A stretch of DNA of 64,000 bases from positions 1-64,000 of IMG/VR virus record IMGVR_UViG_3300023199_000127. One strand, given 5' to 3'. Shown in pieces: positions 45,088-54,647 of this stretch. Position numbers and translations under genes: made by a program. Under the pieces are notes generated by a model. It was not told where the DNA came from. It made no database searches and worked only from the letters and a program-made list of their open reading frames with translations. This stretch comes from a virus. Each line of letters opens with the position of its first letter. Position 1 is the stretch's first letter.

Positions 45088-48000
45088 ATGGCTAAGACGA
45101 TTAACGAGCGTCTAGGGTCCTTGTCTATCTTGGACCCGGAGACCGGGAATAGCATCCCGGTTAGCCTGGACCTGATCCAGCGGTATCTTCTGGATGAGGA
45201 CAACCTCATGGTCATCATTGGCAGAGCTAGAGCAGCAGCAGCTGCCAAGGAGCTCGCTGATATTGAGGCTGGCGTGGATCCCACGGCGGCTGCCAATGAG
45301 CTCAGAGCCAACCTGGACGCCCTGGATTCTGTGTCCGAAACTCTGTTCAACCGCAATCGCTCCATCAAGAATGATGAGACGCGCCGGCGTACAATCTCCG
45401 ACGCTGCCCGATCCTTTGAGGATCGTACCTATTCTTATGCCAAGCCTGCAGTCATGAGGATTGGCATGATTCCCCTTGAGGATGGTCTGGTCAAGAATGG
45501 CGCCCAGGCTATCGAAGTGGAAGACGATTACGATATTCGTCGAGTGGGATCGCTGCGCTCTGACACTGATGCAGTGGTTCGCGGCAAGTCCCAACACACG
45601 GAGATTCGGATCAGCCTGACCTTCCCTGATTTGGATTCTGTCAACACTGTGTTCCGTCCTCTACTGGCCCAGTGTCGTGCCGCGCCGGTTATCAGTATTG
45701 AGTCTGATCTCCTTGTTGATGTGCTCATTAACAAGTTCGCTACACCAGAGCTGCTGAATGCACTCCTACAGGTGGGTGCCGCCAAGACCAAGACGGATGA
45801 AGATGATCCGCTGGAGAAGCTTACCGAAGAGAGCCGTGAGAGCCTGGACAAGCTCAAGGATCTGCTCTCCTCTGGTGATTCCGCGACCATGTATGCTGTG
45901 GCACGTGCTCGACAGAAGGCCACACAGGAAGCCAGTAAGCCGAATGCTAATCCCACTGTGGAACAGGCACGTCCTTTCGACGTGCCGGATTATGGGATCG
46001 CCATTCCTGTGGCTCTCCGTGAGGTCCATGTGTCAACGAAGAAAAGCGGCACCCATGCCCTGGATGCCACCTTTATCTTTGTGCGCATCAACGAGTCTGC
46101 CTTTATGCAGTCTGGTCTTCGCTGGCGTGACTCCAACGGTTGGCCCACCTATGACGTGACCAAGTGCGATACTCTGTATCGGTACTTCCATAAGACCTAC
46201 CTGACCCCGTCAGACCAGAAGGATTCTCAAACCTATATGGCTCCCATCCCCAAGTCGGATGCGGAAGTCCAGGCCCCCATGATCCTGCGATGGGAGAACT
46301 ACCATACGGGGGAAGAGAAGAGTATTGATCTAAGCGACTTTGAGTGCGTGATCCATCAAATGAATGTTGGGTGGTCGAACAAGCTTTGCATGATGCCTCT
46401 CATCGGCCAGCACAATCCAGCTGTGCAGTATCTCGGTACTTCCAACGGAGTGGCCAAGGTACAGATCATTACCAAGGATAGACAGCTGGTGCGCACCCTG
46501 CACCAGCTGAAGGATGAACAAGACGAGATCTCTCGCCGGCACAGTGCACTGGATCGTGATGATCGGATTATCATCGAGAATGGTGTCCTAAACATGACTG
46601 GCATGCGTGAGTTTGTTATCCAGTCCTTGACCACAACGACTGATCCGCGCAGTCCTGAGCTTATCTACTTGAACATCACATTTGTGGAGTCCAAGTACAC
46701 CCTTCGTGAGCGTGAACAGGTTACGCTCTTCCAGGATCACTACGACAAGGATCATCTGAAGGCGTTGTGGAGGTTCATGTTCAAGACCATGAACGAGGCG
46801 ATGGACAAGACACTACGACGTCAGGAATGGAGCCAGACCGAGCGAGAGGTCATGTCCACTCTCTTTGGTAGCTCATTCCTTTACAGGAATGTGACTGGCG
46901 CAGCGGTGGACTTCTCCGCTGTGCGTGCCGACATTGAAAAGGGCACTGGATTTTTCGGCACAAGGCTGGAGAGCGGTAGGACCCCTGGTGAAGCCTACAG
47001 GCTCCAGGACTCCTTCCGGAAGGCAACAGCTCCCGATAACGGAATGCCTGGTATTCTTAACAACTCTGTGATGGCTGCAGCTATCTCCCACTTCATCACC
47101 TCTGGTGGAACCGACTCCAGTCGGATCCGCTGGTTGAAGAATAGAGAAAGAGAAGCAGAGAAGTCGGTCGAGGATCCTGCCAGTTGGTTGAGCTGGGTGA
47201 ATTTCACCAGGAACAACCAGGTCACTCGTGTGAAGAACGAGCTCCAGGAACAGGATCTGACCGTCATCAAATACATCTTTGACTGGCCGACCCAGGCAGA
47301 TCTTAATGGAGCTCGCGCCACCATGCTGGCCTGGCTTGACGAGCTGCAGACCCACGAGGTGGGTCCGGAGGTGGACAAGGGCTCCAGCATGCTGTTCCGC
47401 GTGTTCATGCTGGCCCGAGATCATCTACGGCTTGATGCCCCCGCATTCAAGCAGCAGTTCTGGGACTCTGTTCTAGAGGTGCTCTCCAACCGTCAGTCTG
47501 ATGCTGCTGTGCAGGGTAAGAAGTGGCTCTCTGAGGATCTCGCCCAGGCCCAGTCTCTTCTTATTGGTGTGCTTGCCAGTGGAGTGGCTGATAGGTGGGA
47601 GGGCTTTGACCAGAGCCGATTCTTGAGCCAGAAGAAGTTCAAGGCACTGGACGCCAACGGGCCGGACGAGCCGTCTGACAACTACCCGGACATGTATCTT
47701 CCGACCTATGCAGATCTGTTCAGTAACCCGCCCCTCGGGTTGGTACTTGGTCTGCCTATCCCGGTTGTACAACAGGTAGATGCCAGTCAGGCAAAGTATG
47801 CCCCGCTGCGGGGACAGAGTCGCAAGGGTGATCCGCAGGCTCTCTGGATCAACTTTGCTCCGCGATACAAGGATCTTGGTAAGCGCCCTCCGTTCGAGGT
47901 TCGGGCTGCCTTTGGAAAGCCGGAAGAGGCCAGCAATGCTATTGCTCGTACGATTAATGATCGCGTCGAGCCTGGGTTCTTCTACTGGAAGGGTTCCTGG

Positions 48001-51000
48001 AAGGATGAGCTGGGAGCGGTAGAGAAGTACCGCAATCAGATGGAGCAGATCCGCGATGAGGCCAAGAGCCACATCATCCAACTCGATCACAGTATCAGTG
48101 CCGACGGTGCTTTGCTCGAAGGATCGCTTCGTAACATGATCGACTACCTGATGGGAGAGGAGTACCCGAGTGCCAACTCGGGTACTGTGCAAGTCCTGAG
48201 TAACCGACAGCAGGCCAAGGATCTGATCCGTAAGCTGGATCGAGTCAATGCTGAGGTACCGGTTATCAACCTGATTGACTCGGAGGGTCGATTGGTTGCA
48301 TATCTGCGCCATGCTCCCCAGTCGAATGATCGTGGCAGGACGCGTCACTTCGAGCTTGTCTCCTTTAAGGGTGGTCCTCTGAAAATCCGCAACCCCTTCA
48401 ATAACTCTGTGTTGGACCACGATGAGATGTTGAAGCCGGGTCAGATCCAGGAAGTGGTTAACCAGATCAAGGATGACCACTTCTCCATGCAGCGTGCGTA
48501 CCCCACGTATCGCGTATACGCTATTGAGGAGGATCGGGAACAGCTCATCTACTCCGATGACTTCTATGGTGTGAATTGTGTTTCCAGCATTGAAATCCAC
48601 CACTCCAAGCGCAATGCATCTTTGGCAATCCTGAGGATTACGAACACCAGCGGTCAGTTTGAGAACGATCAATTCCTACCGTTCGCAGAAGAGGGTAACT
48701 ACGAGGTCAATGCTGACGACGAAGGCGAACGCTTCTTTAGGCGTTTCCGGTTCCGCTCTGGGACGCTGATCCAGATCCGCATGGGCTATACCGGCAAGCC
48801 CACCGAACTGGACATTGTCTTCTCTGGTCGTGTGGTCGAGGTACAGCATGGTCCTGTAATTCAACTGATCTGTCAGGGTCACCGTACCGATCTCCTCCAG
48901 GAGATCGAGTACGCCAATACCAATAAGGATCCCTACCGCATCCTGGAGGATTGTTTCAAGAAGATTGGCAATGCTCCCAGCCTGGGTCGTACGGTGAAGA
49001 TGGGCCATATTAACCGCACGATGATCAGAGACTTCCTTGGCGAAAGAGCGGCTAAGCAAGTGACCTGGTGGGGTAAATTGTGGCGTCACGAGGTCAACTC
49101 CCACTTGAGGAATGTCTATGTGCACTCCAACTCTCAGGTGGTTGGTGGCTGGTTTGATTTCATTGATCGTGGGATTACCGACCAGTATCTCGAGGGTATT
49201 GGGCAGAAGGTGGTGCGCTTCTTCAATGATGTTCCGGGTGTGGAGCTGTTGATCCCGGATGCTGCCTTCCCTGCATGGGTGGTACCGCTGCAGCCGTTCT
49301 GGGACATGATTCAGGAAATGGTTCGCCATCGTCCTGGCAATATCGCGTACGTGGTGCCGTGGGAGCAGGATGGGACTCTTTTCTTTGGGAAGCCCACAAC
49401 TCCTTATCTTGCAGAGAACCCTCCGACTGCAGAACGACGTGCATACAACCGCCTGGATCGGGTTGTGCGCAAACTGTCTCTGCAGGACATCTCTGCCATT
49501 ATCCTTGAGAGATTTCTCACCTCACGCTTCTATAAGAACCGTCCTCTGTTGATGGATGCACTCAGCAATCGTACGAAGCTTCGTGAGAAGAATGCCAGTG
49601 TCAATAGCTTGGCAGAGCTGGATCGTCTTACGTTCAGCTGCTATGGGCATATGACTTCGTTCTCGTCCCCGGGGCTCCGGGATGAGTCACTGCGTGGGAA
49701 TAATAGACTGCACTCTCTCGACTTCACCTCTGAGTGGGACTATCTCCTTAAGTGGAATCCCGGTCTGGTGAAGCTGGCCACCTCCTTCTTCTTCGGCATG
49801 GAGTGGCAGCCGGTCTGGCCCAATGGGTTTGAGGGGGACTGGAAGCTTTGTTTCCGTGGGCTCATGCCGCCCTTGCAGGCCGGCGGTAGCAAGGAGCTCT
49901 CTCGTTCTGCAGAAGACTGGAAGAGCCAGTGGGTAGACTCGGATAACTCCTCACTGAATGCGATGCGTGTACCGACCTCATTCCTCGATACGAAGGCTCA
50001 AGCTAACGCCATGATTCGAGTATTGGAGAAGCAGCAGATTGAGCTACAGGCTGCCCGAGACTCAATTAATGAGATGCGTAGTCAGGGTCGTATCCCTGCA
50101 AGGATCCTGGACCAGCTTGAAGAGCAGGTCCAGGAGCGCAGAGAGGTATTCGAGCAGTTTGGTGTGCTGACTGCTGAACAGCGTGCCGCACAGATCGCCC
50201 GAGTTAGAGATGCTTTGGGTGGCTTCTCGCTACCTGGTGCATCTGGTCGCCCTGACCACTATGAGGAGCTGGGGACGATCGTGGAGTTCCGTGCTAACCA
50301 TTATCGGATGTTCATCCATGCCCTGGCTAACTTCGTCAGGGACCAGATTGGCGGAGAGACTACTCTGGGCAGACAGATCCGCAAGGAGGCTGTTACTAAG
50401 GCCATGGATGATCATCGCAGCTACATGCTGCCGCCGGGGTGGAAGCAGTTCCGCGACTATCACGTTCTCACTTCTGAGAACGATATCATCGAGAACTCCA
50501 TTACTGCCTCCATGCAGCAGATGCACAACGTTGTGCTCATCCGCCATCCGGAGGCTGGCGTCGAGCTGGTTTCTGGAGATGAGCTACAGGAGGACTCGGA
50601 GGTCGAGGATCTAAATAACACCGATGGCCAGCTGGCTCGTAAGCGTGTCATGTTCCAGGAAGACACCACTTGGAATAGCTTCCCAAAGGATGGGGGACTT
50701 CCCTTCCGTCCTGCTCTCGGCAAGGAGCACCGCAAGCTTCTGGTGAAGGTGGAGAACAACGCCTTTGATCAGGAGTCGGCTTTCCGTTGCCTGATCTCTA
50801 ATATGCAGCAGGCGCTGCAGCCCATGTACCGTGGCTACATCACCTTCATTGGCCGCCACATGAAGCCGCACGATGTCATCCATATCAAGGATGACATCTC
50901 CGATATGATTGGTCCGGTGGAAGTGGATGAGATTACACACCACTTCACTCCTGAAGGTGGCTGGGTATCCTCAGTGGTGCCGCATGCTCTGGTCCATGCA

Positions 51001-51702
51001 AACGATATTGTTTCTCGTGTACAGCACAATGCTATCGTTAGCTGGTTTGGAGATGCAGCTTCCTGGTACGAAAAGAACTGGTGGTGGATTGAGCTCGGCA
51101 TGCTAGTGGCTGCACCGCTCACTGGCGGTGCTAGCGTGGTTGGTGGTGCTGCCCTGCGTGGCCTGGCAAAGGTTGGTATCAAGACCGGTCTGCGAAAGGG
51201 GCTACGTGGCACTGTCGCACGCATTGGAAACAGGACCCTGCGTCAGGCAATGATCAAGGCCATTACCCGTAAGGCCGTCAGGTCCAAGACTACGGTCGCC
51301 GGCGCCCTCAATGTTATGGCTCGTAACCCCCATACCCTATTCGGTACTATCGGAAGAACGATGGGTATGGGAGTGCGCACCGTGAACCGACTCAGTATCC
51401 CCGCCTATCTGGGAGCCGTCGGCTACAACACCTTCGTCAGTACGCCCCATATCAAGGCTAAGTTTGGTGATGTCGAAGTGCCGGTTGAGATTCAGCCGCT
51501 CATGCTCAAGGGGCGGCCGTACACCGCCGGCCTGGAGTATGGCTATGAAGATGTGTATTCCTTCTGGGAAAAGGGGCGTGGCTGGATCAAGGATGTCTGG
51601 TCTGATACCAAGGAGGTTGCCGAAAACCTCTTCAGATTCCGTGGGTATGAGCCTCGGAGTCTTGGTGAGTCTCTGTATAATCAGAGTCTAAAGAGTGACT
51701 AA
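45088..51702 (+). CDS. Giant baseplate hub / tail-tip protein, 2204 aa
   Basis: GTLIQIRMGY..VFSGRVVEV..LICQG and HDVIHIKD..VEVDEITHHFTPEGGWVS resemble T4 gp27/P2 gpD-type hub segments. Confidence 0.75.
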   Translation: MAKTINERLGSLSILDPETGNSIPVSLDLIQRYLLDEDNLMVIIGRARAAAAAKELADIEAGVDPTAAANELRANLDALDSVSETLFNRNRSIKNDETRRRTISDAARSFEDRTYSYAKPAVMRIGMIPLEDGLVKNGAQAIEVEDDYDIRRVGSLRSDTDAVVRGKSQHTEIRISLTFPDLDSVNTVFRPLLAQCRAAPVISIESDLLVDVLINKFATPELLNALLQVGAAKTKTDEDDPLEKLTEESRESLDKLKDLLSSGDSATMYAVARARQKATQEASKPNANPTVEQARPFDVPDYGIAIPVALREVHVSTKKSGTHALDATFIFVRINESAFMQSGLRWRDSNGWPTYDVTKCDTLYRYFHKTYLTPSDQKDSQTYMAPIPKSDAEVQAPMILRWENYHTGEEKSIDLSDFECVIHQMNVGWSNKLCMMPLIGQHNPAVQYLGTSNGVAKVQIITKDRQLVRTLHQLKDEQDEISRRHSALDRDDRIIIENGVLNMTGMREFVIQSLTTTTDPRSPELIYLNITFVESKYTLREREQVTLFQDHYDKDHLKALWRFMFKTMNEAMDKTLRRQEWSQTEREVMSTLFGSSFLYRNVTGAAVDFSAVRADIEKGTGFFGTRLESGRTPGEAYRLQDSFRKATAPDNGMPGILNNSVMAAAISHFITSGGTDSSRIRWLKNREREAEKSVEDPASWLSWVNFTRNNQVTRVKNELQEQDLTVIKYIFDWPTQADLNGARATMLAWLDELQTHEVGPEVDKGSSMLFRVFMLARDHLRLDAPAFKQQFWDSVLEVLSNRQSDAAVQGKKWLSEDLAQAQSLLIGVLASGVADRWEGFDQSRFLSQKKFKALDANGPDEPSDNYPDMYLPTYADLFSNPPLGLVLGLPIPVVQQVDASQAKYAPLRGQSRKGDPQALWINFAPRYKDLGKRPPFEVRAAFGKPEEASNAIARTINDRVEPGFFYWKGSWKDELGAVEKYRNQMEQIRDEAKSHIIQLDHSISADGALLEGSLRNMIDYLMGEEYPSANSGTVQVLSNRQQAKDLIRKLDRVNAEVPVINLIDSEGRLVAYLRHAPQSNDRGRTRHFELVSFKGGPLKIRNPFNNSVLDHDEMLKPGQIQEVVNQIKDDHFSMQRAYPTYRVYAIEEDREQLIYSDDFYGVNCVSSIEIHHSKRNASLAILRITNTSGQFENDQFLPFAEEGNYEVNADDEGERFFRRFRFRSGTLIQIRMGYTGKPTELDIVFSGRVVEVQHGPVIQLICQGHRTDLLQEIEYANTNKDPYRILEDCFKKIGNAPSLGRTVKMGHINRTMIRDFLGERAAKQVTWWGKLWRHEVNSHLRNVYVHSNSQVVGGWFDFIDRGITDQYLEGIGQKVVRFFNDVPGVELLIPDAAFPAWVVPLQPFWDMIQEMVRHRPGNIAYVVPWEQDGTLFFGKPTTPYLAENPPTAERRAYNRLDRVVRKLSLQDISAIILERFLTSRFYKNRPLLMDALSNRTKLREKNASVNSLAELDRLTFSCYGHMTSFSSPGLRDESLRGNNRLHSLDFTSEWDYLLKWNPGLVKLATSFFFGMEWQPVWPNGFEGDWKLCFRGLMPPLQAGGSKELSRSAEDWKSQWVDSDNSSLNAMRVPTSFLDTKAQANAMIRVLEKQQIELQAARDSINEMRSQGRIPARILDQLEEQVQERREVFEQFGVLTAEQRAAQIARVRDALGGFSLPGASGRPDHYEELGTIVEFRANHYRMFIHALANFVRDQIGGETTLGRQIRKEAVTKAMDDHRSYMLPPGWKQFRDYHVLTSENDIIENSITASMQQMHNVVLIRHPEAGVELVSGDELQEDSEVEDLNNTDGQLARKRVMFQEDTTWNSFPKDGGLPFRPALGKEHRKLLVKVENNAFDQESAFRCLISNMQQALQPMYRGYITFIGRHMKPHDVIHIKDDISDMIGPVEVDEITHHFTPEGGWVSSVVPHALVHANDIVSRVQHNAIVSWFGDAASWYEKNWWWIELGMLVAAPLTGGASVVGGAALRGLAKVGIKTGLRKGLRGTVARIGNRTLRQAMIKAITRKAVRSKTTVAGALNVMARNPHTLFGTIGRTMGMGVRTVNRLSIPAYLGAVGYNTFVSTPHIKAKFGDVEVPVEIQPLMLKGRPYTAGLEYGYEDVYSFWEKGRGWIKDVWSDTKEVAENLFRFRGYEPRSLGESLYNQSLKSD

Positions 51703-52571
51703 TGGATCCTATTAAGCGCACTGCCCATGATGAGGCCTCTAAAAGAGCATCGCGTCTGACGCGGTGTCGGGTGCTAAGCTTCAACCCCAATGGTGATGGA
51801 GGACCTGTGGCTTTTGTAGTGCCGTACACCAAGTGGGACAACTGGCGCCGGGAGTATGATGATCTCGAGGCTATGCTCTCTGAGCATGGCCTCAATATCA
51901 TTGTGCGGTTCCCCGAAGGTATCAAGTTCTACGTCGACCCAGACAAGTATGATGTGGTGCTATTTCAGGAGCCCATGTTTGCTACCGAGGGGTTTCCGAA
52001 ACCTCGTGCATCTGTCAGAGCTGCTGATGCTAGAGTAGCTCGTGGTTGGACCGAGGATGATGTGAACCTGATGACTCCTCAGCTGGACGCCCCTGATAAG
52101 CATCAGGTGCGCTGGAGAGCTCAGGCCGCTGTACGCGGCCATCGCATGTTCACACAATGCGAGGATACACCCCAGTTCACCCAGCCTGGAGACTTCTGGT
52201 TTGGTCCTCTGCGGATCTCTTCAGACGGCGCCCGGTTTGAGTTCTGGGGTCAGGGACACGACCAGATCATGGCCATGTCCCGGGCAGCCATGAATTTCAC
52301 CTCGGAGGCCCTGCGATTCCCTAAGACCCGGGGATTCAACGTATCCTGGCGTGGGAGGATTGAGAACCCCATGCAGGACCTGACAGGGTCTACTGCAGTC
52401 ACTCCCTACAAGCGCTTCATTTACACTCTCTTCGACCCTGGTATCATTGTAGGGGCCGTCCAGGCCATCCGGACGTTCTTCAAGGAGCTGGAGGGCGATT
52501 CAGGGTTCAAATTTGAGCGGATCGACCGCCATGAGGTGGTCGACTATGAGGTTGAGGTACCGATCTTCTAA
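51702..52571 (+). CDS. Putative baseplate spike / puncturing-device protein
   Basis: Position after the hub; N-terminal RCRVLSFNP is OB-fold-like. Confidence 0.45.
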   Translation: MDPIKRTAHDEASKRASRLTRCRVLSFNPNGDGGPVAFVVPYTKWDNWRREYDDLEAMLSEHGLNIIVRFPEGIKFYVDPDKYDVVLFQEPMFATEGFPKPRASVRAADARVARGWTEDDVNLMTPQLDAPDKHQVRWRAQAAVRGHRMFTQCEDTPQFTQPGDFWFGPLRISSDGARFEFWGQGHDQIMAMSRAAMNFTSEALRFPKTRGFNVSWRGRIENPMQDLTGSTAVTPYKRFIYTLFDPGIIVGAVQAIRTFFKELEGDSGFKFERIDRHEVVDYEVEVPIF

Positions 52572-53005
52572 TGTCTGTCTTTCTTCTCCAGGATATCGAG
52601 ACTGATGACGCCGGCGATGTGCAGGTCCAGAACGGGGACCTGAAGCTGGCGACTCCTCGTCGTACAGCCATCCAGATGCTGGATTGGCTGTTGAAGACTG
52701 ATTTGGCTGGGTACGATGGAGCTCCCCTGGTTGCAGCCAACTTCGGTGAGTTCCTTGGAGCACCCAACATCTCTCGCACCCACAATCTCATGAAGAAGAA
52801 CGCCTACGAGGGATTGAAGCAGCAGGGTGTGTTCCCGCCTGGTGATGTGGTCATTCACATCGAGCCCGTTGATGTAGACACTGCGGCTGTGTTCGCCCAG
52901 TGCTACAGCCAGTTTGCTTTCGAGGGTGAGCCCATCACCCTTGCGTATGAGTTCCCCTACCCGGATGGTACTATCACGGCTGTGGATCTCTCGGGGGTTA
53001 GCTAA
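52571..53005 (+). CDS. Baseplate wedge protein, gp25-like
   Basis: Size, position before the J-like gene, DIETDDAGDVQVQNGDLKLA. Confidence 0.7.
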   Translation: MSVFLLQDIETDDAGDVQVQNGDLKLATPRRTAIQMLDWLLKTDLAGYDGAPLVAANFGEFLGAPNISRTHNLMKKNAYEGLKQQGVFPPGDVVIHIEPVDVDTAAVFAQCYSQFAFEGEPITLAYEFPYPDGTITAVDLSGVS

Positions 53006-54153
53006 TGGTTGTCAAGACGAAGACTGTTCATGAGCTGAACGAAGTCGCCTTCCAGCGACTCGTTCAGGATACGGATATCACAGCAATCAATCCCGGCTCC
53101 ATTGCCCGGGCTCTGGTTGAGTCTGTCAACCTAGGTATCCAGGATCTGTTCGAGGGTATTGAGCTGGCAGTCAGCCAGACGTTCATCAGTCAGGCCCAAG
53201 GCTTCTACTTGGACCTCATTGGTGAGCTCTTTAACGTGAGCCGGCGCACTGACGTGCGGGCGGCTACGTTCTCGGATGATCAGCAGATCCGCTTCTACGT
53301 TCGAGATGGTGCTCTAGGCGATAGGCTGGTCCACCCCACAGATGCCACCAAGGGTAGGATCCCGAACGGTACCCAGATCCAGAACTCCGACGGTTCTATC
53401 GTCTGGACCGTCAACGGCAACCACGACTTTGATCGAACTGCCAACCAGGTATATGTGGGTGCCCAGGCCAGCACTGCTGGTGTCCAGGGCAATGTGGGCG
53501 CCAAGACGCTGACGAGCCACAATCTGGGAGTGGACGGCGTTCTGGTCGAGAATGTCGAGGGGATCCAGACGGGCGTGGATGTGGAGCCTGACGAGCTCTT
53601 CCGGGTCAGGATTCAGAACTTCGCTCAGAGCTCACAGGGCTCCAATGAGACGGCTGTTCGCCTCGCGGTGCTCCAGGCACCGGGAGTGGCCAACGTGCTC
53701 CTCACGCCCAACGTGGCCGGCTCTGGTAGCTTCCAGGTCCTGGTCATCCCTGAGGGCAATCGTGTGTCCACCAATACGCTGCTCGAGGTCTCCTCCGCTA
53801 TGAGGGCTGCAGCTGCTTACGGTATCACCGTACTGGTGACGGAGCCGGAGTATCTACCCTTCTCCATCACCATCAAGCTGTCCTATCAAGGCACAGACGC
53901 GGGCTTCGCGTCTGTGCAGGAGTTGGTTGAGGCTGAGGTACGGGACTATTTTGCCAACCTCAACCCTGGAGACCCGCTGATTATCAACCGTTTGCGCCAG
54001 CTAGTGCTGGGTGCAGACCAGAGCATCGAGGACCTCAAGATCCTCGAGCTGTGCATCGATGGCCGTCCCCAGCTGGTGCAGAACTACCAGCTGGCCAACG
54101 ATGAGCTGTTCATTCCCGACGCAAATCTAGCCGACCCCATCAGGATTGTGTAA
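53005..54153 (+). CDS. Baseplate J-like (T4 gp6-type) wedge protein
   Basis: PGSIARALVE, YLDLIGELFNVSRR, GVQGNVGAKTL and EPDELFRVRI motifs. Confidence 0.92.
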   Translation: MVVKTKTVHELNEVAFQRLVQDTDITAINPGSIARALVESVNLGIQDLFEGIELAVSQTFISQAQGFYLDLIGELFNVSRRTDVRAATFSDDQQIRFYVRDGALGDRLVHPTDATKGRIPNGTQIQNSDGSIVWTVNGNHDFDRTANQVYVGAQASTAGVQGNVGAKTLTSHNLGVDGVLVENVEGIQTGVDVEPDELFRVRIQNFAQSSQGSNETAVRLAVLQAPGVANVLLTPNVAGSGSFQVLVIPEGNRVSTNTLLEVSSAMRAAAAYGITVLVTEPEYLPFSITIKLSYQGTDAGFASVQELVEAEVRDYFANLNPGDPLIINRLRQLVLGADQSIEDLKILELCIDGRPQLVQNYQLANDELFIPDANLADPIRIV

Positions 54154-54647
54154 TGCTTGAAGGCGCTTTCTTTCAGGCCAGTAACTGGCCCACGGACACC
54201 GGGGAGACGAATGGCGGATCTATTAGCGCCACCGAGCTCACTGGTGGACTCAACAATATCTTTGATCTGGCCGAATCGGACTTTGCTGGTGGTAATGCAT
54301 GGCACCGATTCCGCAAGGTGTTCTGGAAGAACACCGGGGCGTCCGACGTTACCAGCGTCCGGGTCTTCCAGCAGAACGTCAAGTATCCCGGTTACATCCG
54401 GTTTGCCGTGGAGAAGAACACGGGCGACACGTCGGAGGGAATCGAGAGCATGCCGGATGGGTACAGTACCGGTGACTTTGCTGAGGCAGCCAGTATTGGT
54501 GACGCTCTAACCAAAGTGGCAGGTGGTGCCGATGTTGCATCCGGCGAGGACTTTGGGTTCTGGATCTGGCAGCAAGTTCCGGCCGGCCTTGAGGATGCTG
54601 AACCTAATGCACCCCTCCACATTCGTATCGCAGGCGTGACTAGCTAA
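54153..54647 (+). CDS. Small tail/baseplate protein, 164 aa
   Basis: TAATG coupled; NNIFDLAESDFAGG..FRKVFWKNTG. Confidence 0.7.
   Translation: MLEGAFFQASNWPTDTGETNGGSISATELTGGLNNIFDLAESDFAGGNAWHRFRKVFWKNTGASDVTSVRVFQQNVKYPGYIRFAVEKNTGDTSEGIESMPDGYSTGDFAEAASIGDALTKVAGGADVASGEDFGFWIWQQVPAGLEDAEPNAPLHIRIAGVTS

Noticed and set aside
47473-49329. Long antisense ORFs (399 and 217 aa) within the hub gene, and similar ones throughout the operon
   Set aside because: Expected in GC-rich coding DNA; they fully overlap supported plus-strand genes
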